IMG/VR virus record: IMGVR_UViG_3300037067_007008
Coordinates: 1,634-65,633 of that record
DNA length: 64,000 nt
Source of the DNA: a virus
Taxonomy: Duplodnaviria > Caudoviricetes
Strand: one strand, 5' to 3'
The notes under the pieces were generated by a model that was given only the letters and a program-made list of their open reading frames with translations, was not told the DNA's origin and searched no databases. Of the stretch, positions 47,465-56,802 are shown one piece after another; the stretch's first letter is position 1; the number at the start of each line of letters is the position of its first letter. Both the position numbers and the translations under genes were made by a program.

Positions 47465-47599
47465 GCCTAGGACGAAGCCTAGAATTACCATTACCATTAC
47501 CCTAACCATTAGGGCATAGCAGTGGTCAGATAGTATAGTCGCAATTTGCGCGCCTTTGGGAGCCAGAGCACATAACCCCAATGCTGTCAATGTTTAGCA

Positions 47600-47970
47600 G
47601 GATGCTGAAACCCATTATGATAAAGCATTTCCGTCCCAACTGACAAGCCCTTGACGCTATTTGTCATACTTTTGACAGTGGGATAACGGCTTTAGACTTT
47701 AGAGTTTAGAGTGACTATGATAATGGCTTTCAGTATCAGCGTCAATAAACCGTACTATGAAGGTGAAATTCCATTTCAATTTTCCTGCGGGCCTCCCACC
47801 CCCCTGCGCTAGCGTGCGCTTGACTTCTCCCAGCTATAAAAATTTCAAAAAAAAATGGCCAAGGGGATAGTAGAAGTGAAGAAAAGGTGAATACTTGGAT
47901 TCATCTGACTTTGGCAGGAAGAGGCCGCTGCGAAGCAGTCGGCGGTGAAGAAAAGGTGTAACTGGTTGTA
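47600..47970. other. Non-coding strand-switch region between early (leftward) and packaging (rightward) modules
   Basis: No credible ORF. A C-rich tract followed by A-tracts lies before the terminase module. Divergent promoters or a genome terminus are plausible. Confidence 0.35.
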
Positions 47971-48046
47971 GATAATGAAAAAGGTTGACTTTGCTGCTGG
48001 TGGAAGTGTAAACCATAAGAATAATCATCCTGGAGGAGCAATAATA

Positions 48047-49063
48047 ATGGTAGCACGCCTAAAGAAGTCAGAAGCACCAACACCTATTACAGAGGATCTG
48101 CTAGGAGAGAAGGACCCGATGGATAATCCACTGGAAAGGGAGTTGGCATCAGTAGCCCGGATTGCACATAAGCAGCCTGGGCACCCTGAGATCAACATGC
48201 TCACAGCCAAGGAAGAGGCTGCCAGAAGGAAAAGGAGTTCCAGAGCCAAGAAATATGATGGAAGGGCCAGATCCAAGAATAACCAGACAAAACTCCCCAG
48301 AGTCAGAGAGGCGCTTGAGAGTTTCTACCAGGAAGTGCAGTTGCCTGATCTTAAACAGGCTTTAGAAATAAGCAACGATCCCAGATACAACATGCTCCTT
48401 GCTGCACTCAACAATCCCCGCTTTGCCAGCACCTCATTTGCTGAACTCTGCAGAAAATGCAAAATGAGCCTCCAGGATGTGGTAGAGGTGTGGAGGAATC
48501 ATATTAAGACCAGAGGGATTGTGAAGATGATGAGTCACATGCCGGATATTATGGAGGATGTGGCTATAGACTCCAAATCCAGGGTAGTGAAATGTGATAT
48601 GTGTCAAGGGAAGGGGCGGATTGCAGATAGAGTAGTGAATAAGATGAAGAATGCCACCTGCCCAGAGTGCCATGGGGATGGGGTTGTCAGGATAAATGGA
48701 GACAAGGATGCCCGGAACTTGGCATTTGAGACTGTAGGCCTCCGCAAGGCTGGAGGAGTCAGTCAGCAGGTGAATGTACAGGTAAATAGTGGTGGTGTAC
48801 CCTCACTGGAAGATCAGATGGCCAGTGCAGACAAGATATTCGATATTGAGTATACATCAGAAGGAGCTTCAAATGGACCCAATGGTAGAGAGTCTAATGA
48901 TAGAGAGAATGAAAAGAATGCAGAGCCAGCTGGATCAGATGGAGGAACTGCTGCACAGGTTGCTCAGCTCCCCCCAGCTTCCACTAGTGAGCCAGCAGCC
49001 AAGGATGACTATTCCTGGGCAGAACCCCCAGAAACCAGCGACCCTACCGACTATTCAAGCTAA
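48047..49063 (+). CDS. Putative terminase small subunit-like protein with DnaJ-type zinc finger
   Basis: First gene of the packaging module. CDMCQGKG...CPECHGDG, VNVQVN C-terminal strand. SD GGAGGAG before ATG 48047. Confidence 0.45.
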   Translation: MVARLKKSEAPTPITEDLLGEKDPMDNPLERELASVARIAHKQPGHPEINMLTAKEEAARRKRSSRAKKYDGRARSKNNQTKLPRVREALESFYQEVQLPDLKQALEISNDPRYNMLLAALNNPRFASTSFAELCRKCKMSLQDVVEVWRNHIKTRGIVKMMSHMPDIMEDVAIDSKSRVVKCDMCQGKGRIADRVVNKMKNATCPECHGDGVVRINGDKDARNLAFETVGLRKAGGVSQQVNVQVNSGGVPSLEDQMASADKIFDIEYTSEGASNGPNGRESNDRENEKNAEPAGSDGGTAAQVAQLPPASTSEPAAKDDYSWAEPPETSDPTDYSS

Positions 49064-49187
49064 GCCAGATGCTGAGGATGACAAGATAGAGTTCAGCTAT
49101 ACAGATCCTCAGGAGCAGCTTATTCAAGAGTTAAGAGAGAAAATGGGCCTGATGACTGATGCTGAACTTAAGGAAAGGAACTCCTAG
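48873..49187 (+). CDS. Coiled-coil hypothetical protein overlapping the 3' end of the upstream gene
   Basis: SD AAGGAG 48861-48866. MDPMVESLMIERMKRMQSQLDQMEELL. Confidence 0.5.
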   Translation: MDPMVESLMIERMKRMQSQLDQMEELLHRLLSSPQLPLVSQQPRMTIPGQNPQKPATLPTIQAKPDAEDDKIEFSYTDPQEQLIQELREKMGLMTDAELKERNS

Positions 49188-49188
49188 A

Positions 49189-49386
49189 ATGCCTACCAGA
49201 AAGTTACCGGAGCGTCAGTATGAATGGCATCATATAAAGACTGAACCTTGTACACATCCAGAACACTGTCCTCCAACTATGATGTACTGGGAGCCAGGAG
49301 AGTATGAGCACACCTGCCCGGCCTGTGGAAACATCATCAGGTTTACAGTCCCACCACGAGCTACCCTGAGCCTCTGCCATGTCTAA
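49189..49386 (+). CDS. Small Cys/His-rich hypothetical protein
   Basis: CTHPEHCPP...HTCPACG. Confidence 0.5.
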   Translation: MPTRKLPERQYEWHHIKTEPCTHPEHCPPTMMYWEPGEYEHTCPACGNIIRFTVPPRATLSLCHV

Positions 49387-49567
49387 AATCCTAGACTTCT
49401 TAGTCCAATATCTCCCTCACTGGTTCATCCGCCACTATCCACTGAATAAGTGGTACCACGTAGAGTCAGACTGGGAAGATATGCTGAGGAATCATAAGGT
49501 AGGTAAGGATTGGATAGTGGAGTGTGATACCGGTCTTCTACACAGAGGCTCCAGAAAGGTTCAGTAA
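49379..49567 (+). CDS. Hypothetical protein
   Basis: 62 aa, coupled to TerL. Confidence 0.4.
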   Translation: MSKILDFLVQYLPHWFIRHYPLNKWYHVESDWEDMLRNHKVGKDWIVECDTGLLHRGSRKVQ

Positions 49568-50775
49568 TGTATCATGAAAAGGTAGTCCAATGGAGAATAG
49601 AGGCCTTGGAAAAGGCCCTCAACATCCGCATCAGACAACGCTCTGTAGCTGAAGTAGATGACTTCAGACTGAGGCTGGAGCAGCTCCTTGATGATAAGGG
49701 TAATCTGACCAGAAAGTTGATGCAGGAAGAGCTGGACTTCATACGTGATGAGAGATTCCTCTCCAAATGCAGCTTTAGATATTGGGCAGACCGCTACGCC
49801 ACATTCCAGAAGGATGGTTCTGAAGGGGGAGGTGTGGGGCGGGTAAAGTTCTGGCACTCCCAGGAAGCAGCACTCCGCATCATCAGCCAAATAGACCTCA
49901 ACAACTGGGAAGCAAAGATAAGGGGTGAAAGTGTAGATGGTATATGTGTAGTTATGCATAAAGCCAGACAGTTAGGAGCCACTGCACTCTCACGCACCTT
50001 AGGTGTACACAAGCATACTAATTACCAGCATATCCGTGGCATGGCAGCCTCCATTGACGATGACAAGATCATGGAACTCTACGATAGAGATAAGCTATGT
50101 ATAGACAACCTTCCCTTCTACCTTAGACCCAATATAGGCTATGACGTCAAAGCTTCCCATCTATACTTCGATAAACTAGACTCTCGCATCCTATACCAGC
50201 AGTCCCGCCAGCAATCAGGCCTCGGTCAAGGCCGCCAGTTCGACTTTGCCCATCTTACAGAGTGTGCATTCTGGCCTTACCCAAACATGATAGAACTAGA
50301 CTTCTTCCCTGCACTCCCTCTTGGCATCAACACTATGTGTATACTAGAAAGTACAGCCAACGGCATGGGTGGATGGTGGTATGACTTTACAGAAGATGTA
50401 CGTAGAGGTCTACAGCGCAGATGGCACTACATCTTCGCCCCATGGTATATAGAACCCCGTAAGAATCGTGCACACCCTCCACTAGACTGGAACCCCTCCG
50501 ACATGACTATGAAGCACGCCCGGAAGGTATACGAGACTTCCAGAGAGTATACAGGTAAGGATATACTCCTGGAAAGGGAACAACTATACTGGTATGAAAC
50601 AGAAAGAGCAGCGGCTCTTCGTAGAGGTAAACTCAACCTATTCCTCACCAATTACTGTGCTACACCAGAAGAATCCTTTCAGCATACTGGAAATTCTCAG
50701 TTCAGCGTGGAAACTCTTGAAAGAATTAGACTTGGAACGATTCCACCTAATTATTATGAAGTAAATGTAAACTAG
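49567..50775 (+). CDS. terL: Terminase large subunit, ATPase half
   Basis: HKARQLGAT Walker A, FAHLTECAFW Walker B, ILESTANG coupling motif. Confidence 0.88.
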   Translation: MYHEKVVQWRIEALEKALNIRIRQRSVAEVDDFRLRLEQLLDDKGNLTRKLMQEELDFIRDERFLSKCSFRYWADRYATFQKDGSEGGGVGRVKFWHSQEAALRIISQIDLNNWEAKIRGESVDGICVVMHKARQLGATALSRTLGVHKHTNYQHIRGMAASIDDDKIMELYDRDKLCIDNLPFYLRPNIGYDVKASHLYFDKLDSRILYQQSRQQSGLGQGRQFDFAHLTECAFWPYPNMIELDFFPALPLGINTMCILESTANGMGGWWYDFTEDVRRGLQRRWHYIFAPWYIEPRKNRAHPPLDWNPSDMTMKHARKVYETSREYTGKDILLEREQLYWYETERAAALRRGKLNLFLTNYCATPEESFQHTGNSQFSVETLERIRLGTIPPNYYEVNVN

Positions 50776-50822
50776 TTTTTGTGTGTTGAATATGTTAAGC
50801 TCCAATCTATAAAGGAGAAGTT

Positions 50823-51317
50823 ATGAATCCTGAGAAGAGAGAAGCAAAATCACTGATACGATTCAAAGCAAAGTATAAAGTTACAAAATCTGGTTGTTGG
50901 GAATGGACAGCTTGTAAGATCCAAGGTTATGGATCATTCAGTTATAACTGTAAAAAAATTGGTGCGCACGTCTATGCATATACTCACTTTGTTGGCCCTA
51001 TTCCAGAAGGACTAGAACTAGACCACTTATGTAGAAATCCTGGTTGTGTAAACCCAGCTCATTTAGAGCCGGTTACTCCCAAAGTAAATGTAATGAGGAG
51101 TGAAAACTGGGCAGCCTTGAATGCTAAGAAAACCTACTGTAAACGTGGTCATCCCTTAATCCCAGAGAATCTTCAGATAAAGAATGGTCACCGAATTTGC
51201 TTAGAATGCAGGAAGCTTTACAACAAGGATACCTACAAAAGACTATATAGTGCAGAAGCAAATGGTGGCAGGTGTTTGGTTACCATAAAGAGGGGACAAT
51301 TAGATGGCACTACCTGA
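50823..51317 (+). CDS. Free-standing HNH homing endonuclease (His-Cys/HNH_3 type) with C-terminal zinc finger
   Basis: GCWEWT...GYG...AH...DHLCRNPGCVNPAHL and C-x3-H...CLEC. AT-rich. SD AAGGAG. Confidence 0.9.
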   Translation: MNPEKREAKSLIRFKAKYKVTKSGCWEWTACKIQGYGSFSYNCKKIGAHVYAYTHFVGPIPEGLELDHLCRNPGCVNPAHLEPVTPKVNVMRSENWAALNAKKTYCKRGHPLIPENLQIKNGHRICLECRKLYNKDTYKRLYSAEANGGRCLVTIKRGQLDGTT

Positions 51318-52146
51318 AACATACACAATTGGTTATAAAGGGAACTTACAGGCTACTTCACTGGCCCATGATGATCCTGATCCAAGAGGATTAGTGCTAA
51401 TGTTAGAGCCACCTAATCCAAAGGAAACATATGTCCTTGGCATCGACCCCACAGTAGGCATCGTAGGTTGGCATCGCCAACTTCGCACCAGAGATGACCT
51501 CCGCACTGACAATGGAGCCATTGAAATCATCCGTGTAGGGCGCAACGATAAACCTGATGTACAGGTCTGTGAATACGCAGCCCCAATAGACCCTGAAGAA
51601 CTAGCGGATATAGCTAATATCCTTGGCAGATTATATGCAGGCAACAGTGATGATGGCCAATGTCTCACAATTATCGAAGTCTACCCAGGTCCAGGCCTGA
51701 TGACCCAGCGCAAGATGATTAATGCTCTAGGGTATACCAACATGTTTATATGGAAGTACCTGGACTCCATGGCCCTCCGACTCTCTACCTCCTTAGGGTG
51801 GCAATCATCCCCAAAATCAGTCCGAGACCTCTGGATTAGAGGCACCCGACATATCACCCTCGATAAGATTAGGATATTGTCACCTCACCTCGCAGAAGAA
51901 CTAGCCCACTGTGAAGCGGATGAACTCCGCATGACAGCCAAGGCATCCTCAGGAAAGCATGATGATAGGGTTAGGGCCTTCCTCATGGCAATCTGGGCTG
52001 CTCATGACTGGTCTTACCAAATAGAAGAAGTCCGCCAGGAAGTAATAGAAGGAAAGCAACCTGACTGGCAACGCTCCGACATCAGTGCCGAAAAGATGTA
52101 CGAACAATGGCAGGAAAGATTCTCACAACTCTTTGAGGATATATAG
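51304..52146 (+). CDS. terL: Terminase large subunit, RNase H-like nuclease half
   Basis: YVLGIDP, IIEVY, KHDDRVRA acidic triad. Own SD GAGGGG. Confidence 0.85.
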   Translation: MALPETYTIGYKGNLQATSLAHDDPDPRGLVLMLEPPNPKETYVLGIDPTVGIVGWHRQLRTRDDLRTDNGAIEIIRVGRNDKPDVQVCEYAAPIDPEELADIANILGRLYAGNSDDGQCLTIIEVYPGPGLMTQRKMINALGYTNMFIWKYLDSMALRLSTSLGWQSSPKSVRDLWIRGTRHITLDKIRILSPHLAEELAHCEADELRMTAKASSGKHDDRVRAFLMAIWAAHDWSYQIEEVRQEVIEGKQPDWQRSDISAEKMYEQWQERFSQLFEDI

Positions 52147-52209
52147 TATAAGGATGAAACTGCTTGACAACTTCAACAATCTGACGTAAACCAACACCTT
52201 GGAGGCAGC

Positions 52210-52584
52210 ATGGCTTTACTTTCCATCAAACTCAACATCCCAGACGAAATCCTGCACAAATATGAAGCCTTGGAAGGCTCCTTAGAAAAGAACCTCTCCT
52301 CCAGGCTAGTGGCAGCAGCAGACTACACCTCTACCAAGCCTCTCTACATCAATGACAAACTCCGTCAACGCCTGGAACGGCTCTTTGGCCGAAACTTCAG
52401 CACCCCTGAAGATCTTGTCCATCAGATGGAAAAGTACATCACAGCACGCATCGGTGACGTAGATGTCCAGCTCTCCCCAACCCTCCTGACCCGCCTTAAG
52501 ACCCGATGCTTTGGTAAACCCTTTGAACAGTTCCTTACTGACAGAGTAGTAGTTAGTTTGGAAGAATATGTAGGTATGAGGTAA
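52210..52584 (+). CDS. Hypothetical protein (possible RHH-like DNA binder)
   Basis: SIKLNIPDEILHKY pattern, SD GGAGG. Confidence 0.45.
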   Translation: MALLSIKLNIPDEILHKYEALEGSLEKNLSSRLVAAADYTSTKPLYINDKLRQRLERLFGRNFSTPEDLVHQMEKYITARIGDVDVQLSPTLLTRLKTRCFGKPFEQFLTDRVVVSLEEYVGMR

Positions 52585-52679
52585 CCCTATGCCTAACTTC
52601 ATAATGCGTTATCTCTGGGATTGGTCCTATAGATTATATAACTGGCTTGAAGACAGACGGCCAGCTGGAGGATTCTAAG

Positions 52680-53039
52680 ATGCCCTGTCATGACGTTCAA
52701 TGCTCCAAATGTGGCCTCATCATAGAAAACTACTACGCTTCGCCGTGGCCATCCTCCATAAGCCACGATGATGGGGGTGAGCTAGAAATCTTGTGGCGGG
52801 ACTCCCACAGCCGTCCTGCCGCAGCTCACCCCTTAGATCGCACAGTAATCTGGAAGGACCCCATCACAGGAGAAATCTCCTATCCTCCCACCAACACTGC
52901 AGCCATGCCACTCAGGTATCGTCAAAGAGGCTTCCAGCGCATCGAATTCGAACATGCTCATGAAGTAGAACAGTTCGAACGTGAACAAGGCGTTATCAAC
53001 GAGAAGTTGTGGTTCAATAGCGGCAACGGAGTCAACTAA
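52680..53039 (+). CDS. Zinc-ribbon-like protein preceding the portal
   Basis: MPCHDVQCSKCG, SD GGAGGA. Confidence 0.5.
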   Translation: MPCHDVQCSKCGLIIENYYASPWPSSISHDDGGELEILWRDSHSRPAAAHPLDRTVIWKDPITGEISYPPTNTAAMPLRYRQRGFQRIEFEHAHEVEQFEREQGVINEKLWFNSGNGVN

Positions 53040-54946
53040 TGTCCAACCTTCCCCAGTCTCAGTACGAATCTGAAGTTCTTGGCTACATGAAGGAAGCCCT
53101 GGAAGAAGGAGAGGCATTCCTTCGTATGCAGAAGGGTTATAACCACATCACTGACACCATCAAAGCCATCAGTGGTGAAAATCAAACCCTTCAATCCTCC
53201 ACCCTATCCCAAACTTCCGTAAATTACGTCGCCAAAGTAGCCACTGACCTCACAGCCATGTGCACTGACGTAAAACCCTTCTGGGAATACCGCTCCAAGA
53301 ATGAAAAGTTCAAGCGTCACACAGAAATCCTTGGAGACCTCTCTGAGCACTGGTGGTTGACACGCCTTATTGACTTAAAATTCGCAGACGTAATCCGCTA
53401 CTCCCTGATCGCTGGAACAGGCTACACCCATCACTTCTATAACACCAACACCAACGACCAGGACATCAGCGCCGAAGACCCTCGTGACATCATCCCCATC
53501 CGTCCACCCTCTGTCTCCTTCTCCCTCCAGGAGTGTGCCGGGGTCATCCAGCGTGTCCAACGCACCGTCAATTACGTCCGAGCCAAGTTCCCCCACAAAG
53601 CCTCCCAGATCTTCCCAGACCGGGATGGCTCCATCGTGGCCCAATCCCTCCAAAATAGTCGTGTAGGCCAGCTCTTCGACACCTATGGCTCTCCATTCAG
53701 AGAAAGGCTATTCAATGAAAAACCTGCAAAGGACCTTCCACGCATCCCCTCCGTGGACCTCTACACAGCCTACCTTACCGATGACTCCATCAACCGAGGC
53801 ACCAACCCTGTCTTCATGGGAGATTGGAAGGATGGCAAACCCCTCAACAACTGGTCCTATAAAGTTGAACGAGGTGAACCCCTTTACCCTAGAAAACGGT
53901 GCATTGTATTCACTTCCAACGTCATCCTCTATGACGGTCCTTCCATATACTGGCACGGACTTTTCCCGTTTGCCAAACTTACGCTAGATCCCTGGCCTTG
54001 GTCCTGGCTAGGCAAAGGTGCCCTCTGGGATATCCTCCGACTCCAGCGTGCAATGGATGGAATCCTCCGTATCCTTGACGATCACCTTGAACAGGTAGCC
54101 AGACCTGCTATCCTGGCAGACAAAACCAACATCTCCCAGTCTGACCTTAACAAGATCGACACCAGAAAGGCTGGCCTTAAGGTTAGACAGAATATGGGGA
54201 TGGGTAAAGGCTTGATCATTCAGCCAACCCCAACCCTTCCTAACGATGTAATGTCCATCCTTGAGTTCTACGAAAACAAAATCTATGAACTCCCTGGTGT
54301 CAGAGACATGTCCGCCCTTATGAAACTGAACCAAATGCCTGCCCCAGAGACCATCGAACGTATGCAGGAGTCCATGTCTCCCTCTGTCAGACTTCGCTCC
54401 CGCATTATCGAAGCCTTCATGCGTGAATTCGCCTCCATGGTAGCCTCTAACTTTGCTCAGTTTTACCCTCTCCCACTCCGTATCGCCATCCTCGGAGCAA
54501 AAGGAGCCACTCCAGACGACTTCGACCTCGACCCCGACACCTTCCTCCCAGCTTGGATGGATGATGACTACACCTCTGAAGGTATCGTCAAAATGGAGTC
54601 CCTAACTCGTGGCCCAATGCCTCAATACGACCGTTCCAAGCAGTTCTTCAACAATGTCTCCTATCACATTGCCCCATCCTCTCTGCTGAACGCCTCCGAA
54701 ATCGAGACTCAACTCAAGTACCTCCAGCTTTCTCGTGCAGGCCTGGTGGATCACTGGACTCTCCTTGATAAGTTAAACATCCCCAACGTCGGAGAACCCC
54801 CAGATGGAGCCAAAACCATCACCGAACGCCTCATGGCAGAGCAGCAACTAGGCCTTGGAATGCAAGTCTCCGCAGCTGGCCGCAAATCCAGTGGCCAAGA
54901 ACCTCCTCAACAGAAATCCTCTGGTGCCACCAGTGAGTCAGGATAA
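53039..54946 (+). CDS. Portal protein
   Basis: 635 aa after TerL. N-terminal helices, central beta clip (LYDGPSIYWHGLFPF), QRAMD coiled wing, LEQVARPAILAD. Confidence 0.75.
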   Translation: MSNLPQSQYESEVLGYMKEALEEGEAFLRMQKGYNHITDTIKAISGENQTLQSSTLSQTSVNYVAKVATDLTAMCTDVKPFWEYRSKNEKFKRHTEILGDLSEHWWLTRLIDLKFADVIRYSLIAGTGYTHHFYNTNTNDQDISAEDPRDIIPIRPPSVSFSLQECAGVIQRVQRTVNYVRAKFPHKASQIFPDRDGSIVAQSLQNSRVGQLFDTYGSPFRERLFNEKPAKDLPRIPSVDLYTAYLTDDSINRGTNPVFMGDWKDGKPLNNWSYKVERGEPLYPRKRCIVFTSNVILYDGPSIYWHGLFPFAKLTLDPWPWSWLGKGALWDILRLQRAMDGILRILDDHLEQVARPAILADKTNISQSDLNKIDTRKAGLKVRQNMGMGKGLIIQPTPTLPNDVMSILEFYENKIYELPGVRDMSALMKLNQMPAPETIERMQESMSPSVRLRSRIIEAFMREFASMVASNFAQFYPLPLRIAILGAKGATPDDFDLDPDTFLPAWMDDDYTSEGIVKMESLTRGPMPQYDRSKQFFNNVSYHIAPSSLLNASEIETQLKYLQLSRAGLVDHWTLLDKLNIPNVGEPPDGAKTITERLMAEQQLGLGMQVSAAGRKSSGQEPPQQKSSGATSESG

Positions 54947-54949
54947 ACT

Positions 54950-55261
54950 ATGTACTATTCCAGCAGAGCAAAAGTAATCACCCACGGAGTTCCAGTACCC
55001 TTAACCACTGACCGTGTTATGGCCTCCTGGGTAGAAATCGTAGCAGACCCATCCAACACCAGCTGGGTCTATGTCGGTGGCCCCAACACCACTAGAGGTG
55101 GAGGACCCTTATCTAAAACTTACGAAGGAATCCCCATCAAACCAGGAGTCTGGCTCCTTATGCGTGAAATGGGAGGTTATGCATTTTACGACCTCCGTTA
55201 TATAATGGTTGACTCAGAAACTGATGGTGATTCAGTAGATTTCGTCTATGGGAGGTCTTAA
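54950..55261 (+). CDS. Small virion beta-protein (paralog family, copy 1)
   Basis: MASWV...SN...VYVGG...IREMGG...YDL motifs shared with the next gene. Confidence 0.55.
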   Translation: MYYSSRAKVITHGVPVPLTTDRVMASWVEIVADPSNTSWVYVGGPNTTRGGGPLSKTYEGIPIKPGVWLLMREMGGYAFYDLRYIMVDSETDGDSVDFVYGRS

Positions 55262-55588
55262 ATGTTATATTCAGGTAGAGCAACAGTAGCAGCAGCCGGA
55301 ACTAAAGTAGCCCTTGCATCCACCCGCACCATGGCATCCTGGGTCACCTGTGTAGGAGACATCTCCAATGCAGGCACCGTCTACGTCGGTGGAGATAATG
55401 TTCAGAACTCCAGTGGCGGGGCAATGACCTATATCGGCCACCCCTTGGTCAAACCAGCCGCCGGTGGCCAGCCAAACTTCATTAACATTCGTGAAGTTGG
55501 TGGTCCTCCCATCTATGACCTCTCTCTCATCTACGTAGATGCTGACACCAATGGCGACTCCATCACCTTCAACTATGGGCGACGATAA
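55262..55588 (+). CDS. Small virion beta-protein (paralog family, copy 2)
   Basis: RATVAAAGTKVAL...MASWV...SNAGTVYVGG. Confidence 0.55.
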   Translation: MLYSGRATVAAAGTKVALASTRTMASWVTCVGDISNAGTVYVGGDNVQNSSGGAMTYIGHPLVKPAAGGQPNFINIREVGGPPIYDLSLIYVDADTNGDSITFNYGRR

Positions 55589-55950
55589 TGGACCTGAAAC
55601 ATTTCACCCTAGCAGAATTTGACAGTCCAGACCTCAAAGGCAGTGGTGCCCTCTACATGAACTCTATCTTTCTAGAAATGCTGGAAGATGCTCGTGATCT
55701 CTGTGATTTCCCTTTCATCATCACCAGTGGCTACCGTACCCCTGCACAAAACACCAAGGTAGGAGGTAAGCCTCGTAGCGCCCATCGTAAAGGTCTGGCA
55801 GCTGACATCTCAGCTAAAACTGGCCCCATTAAGTACGCCATCATTGAAGCCGCCATCCTTGCCCACTTCAAACGCATCGGCATCGGCTCCAACTTCATCC
55901 ATCTGGACAATGACCTATCATTGCCCAACCCTACAATCTGGACCTACTAG
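55588..55950 (+). CDS. Endolysin, peptidase M15A (Zn D-Ala-D-Ala peptidase fold)
   Basis: ITSGYRTP...SAHRKGLAADI...FIHLD. Confidence 0.88.
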   Translation: MDLKHFTLAEFDSPDLKGSGALYMNSIFLEMLEDARDLCDFPFIITSGYRTPAQNTKVGGKPRSAHRKGLAADISAKTGPIKYAIIEAAILAHFKRIGIGSNFIHLDNDLSLPNPTIWTY

Positions 55951-55958
55951 GTGTTCCT

Positions 55959-56141
55959 ATGTTCAACCTACTCAAGGTACACTTTGACGAATTCATGCTG
56001 GCTCTCCTTCTACTGATCATGGTAGGAGTCTGGATCTGGCACCCTGATGCAAAGGAGTGGGTAGGGTCTCTCCTGGCCGCTCTCATCATGGCATTCCGTA
56101 ATAGTGGTAAAACTAAACCATCCGAGGAGGATAAACAGTGA
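55959..56141 (+). CDS. Putative holin (2 TM)
   Basis: Two hydrophobic helices and a charged C-terminus directly after the endolysin. Confidence 0.6.
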   Translation: MFNLLKVHFDEFMLALLLLIMVGVWIWHPDAKEWVGSLLAALIMAFRNSGKTKPSEEDKQ

Positions 56142-56629
56142 AAAAGTTACTTACCTTAACCATTATGCTCTTAGTCCTTACAGGCATCGCCTCTGCCCAG
56201 TCCAACCCTAAGTACTTGGCCGCTGGTGGTGGCTTCAGTGACAAAGGCTTCGCCTGGGGTGCTCTTGGAATTCCCCTAACCGAGGATGGCAAAGTCATCA
56301 GTTACTCTCTGTGGGACTTCACCCCTACTGACTCCATTGACAATGCCTCTTTCAAGGTAGGCAACAAAGCCATCAAACTTACCACCACTACAGGAGCAGC
56401 CTATAACATGCTCACCCTCTCTCCCAAACTTACTGTCTGGGGAATGGGCGCAGCTGGCCTCTCCACTACTGGAGACTTCAACAGTGCAGCCTTCAAATAT
56501 GGTGGCTTCCTCAACTACAAAGCCTCTTCCAGCTTCGGCATCATGGTAGGCGTCGGCGGTCAGTGGGATTCCCTTAACAAAACCTCCCTTGATCTCCGCA
56601 CCGGAGTCAACTTCTACATAGGTAAATAA
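56138..56629 (+). CDS. Secreted eight-stranded outer-membrane beta-barrel-like protein
   Basis: Sec signal (ASA|Q), eight amphipathic strands, C-terminal GVNFYIGK. Confidence 0.5.
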   Translation: MKKLLTLTIMLLVLTGIASAQSNPKYLAAGGGFSDKGFAWGALGIPLTEDGKVISYSLWDFTPTDSIDNASFKVGNKAIKLTTTTGAAYNMLTLSPKLTVWGMGAAGLSTTGDFNSAAFKYGGFLNYKASSSFGIMVGVGGQWDSLNKTSLDLRTGVNFYIGK

Positions 56630-56631
56630 TC

Positions 56632-56802
56632 ATGGACCTCGTTGACCTCACCAAAGAGATCGACAAACTCAACACTGAGACCATACCGCTTATCCAGCTA
56701 ACCCTGGATAAGCTTATGGTTGATCTTCATGAGCTTGTGGATCGTCTCAATAACACCATGATAGTCACAAGTATCACCATTCCTCCAAGGAAGAATCCAT
56801 GA
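56632..56802 (+). CDS. Small coiled-coil protein (56 aa)
   Basis: MDLVDLTKEIDKLNTETIPL..., TGA overlaps the next ATG. Confidence 0.45.
   Translation: MDLVDLTKEIDKLNTETIPLIQLTLDKLMVDLHELVDRLNNTMIVTSITIPPRKNP

Noticed and set aside
46838-47470. 210-aa + strand ORF and similar long antisense ORFs (e.g. 12945-13571, 36405-36980, 38748-39380, 61337-61939)
   Set aside because: Antisense shadows of well-supported genes, with no SD or motifs and codon patterns mirroring the real frame.
50776-51303. Group I intron or intein in terL
   Set aside because: No P/Q/R/S elements or IGS pairing, no Cys/Ser...His-Asn intein ends, and the downstream half has its own SD and ATG.
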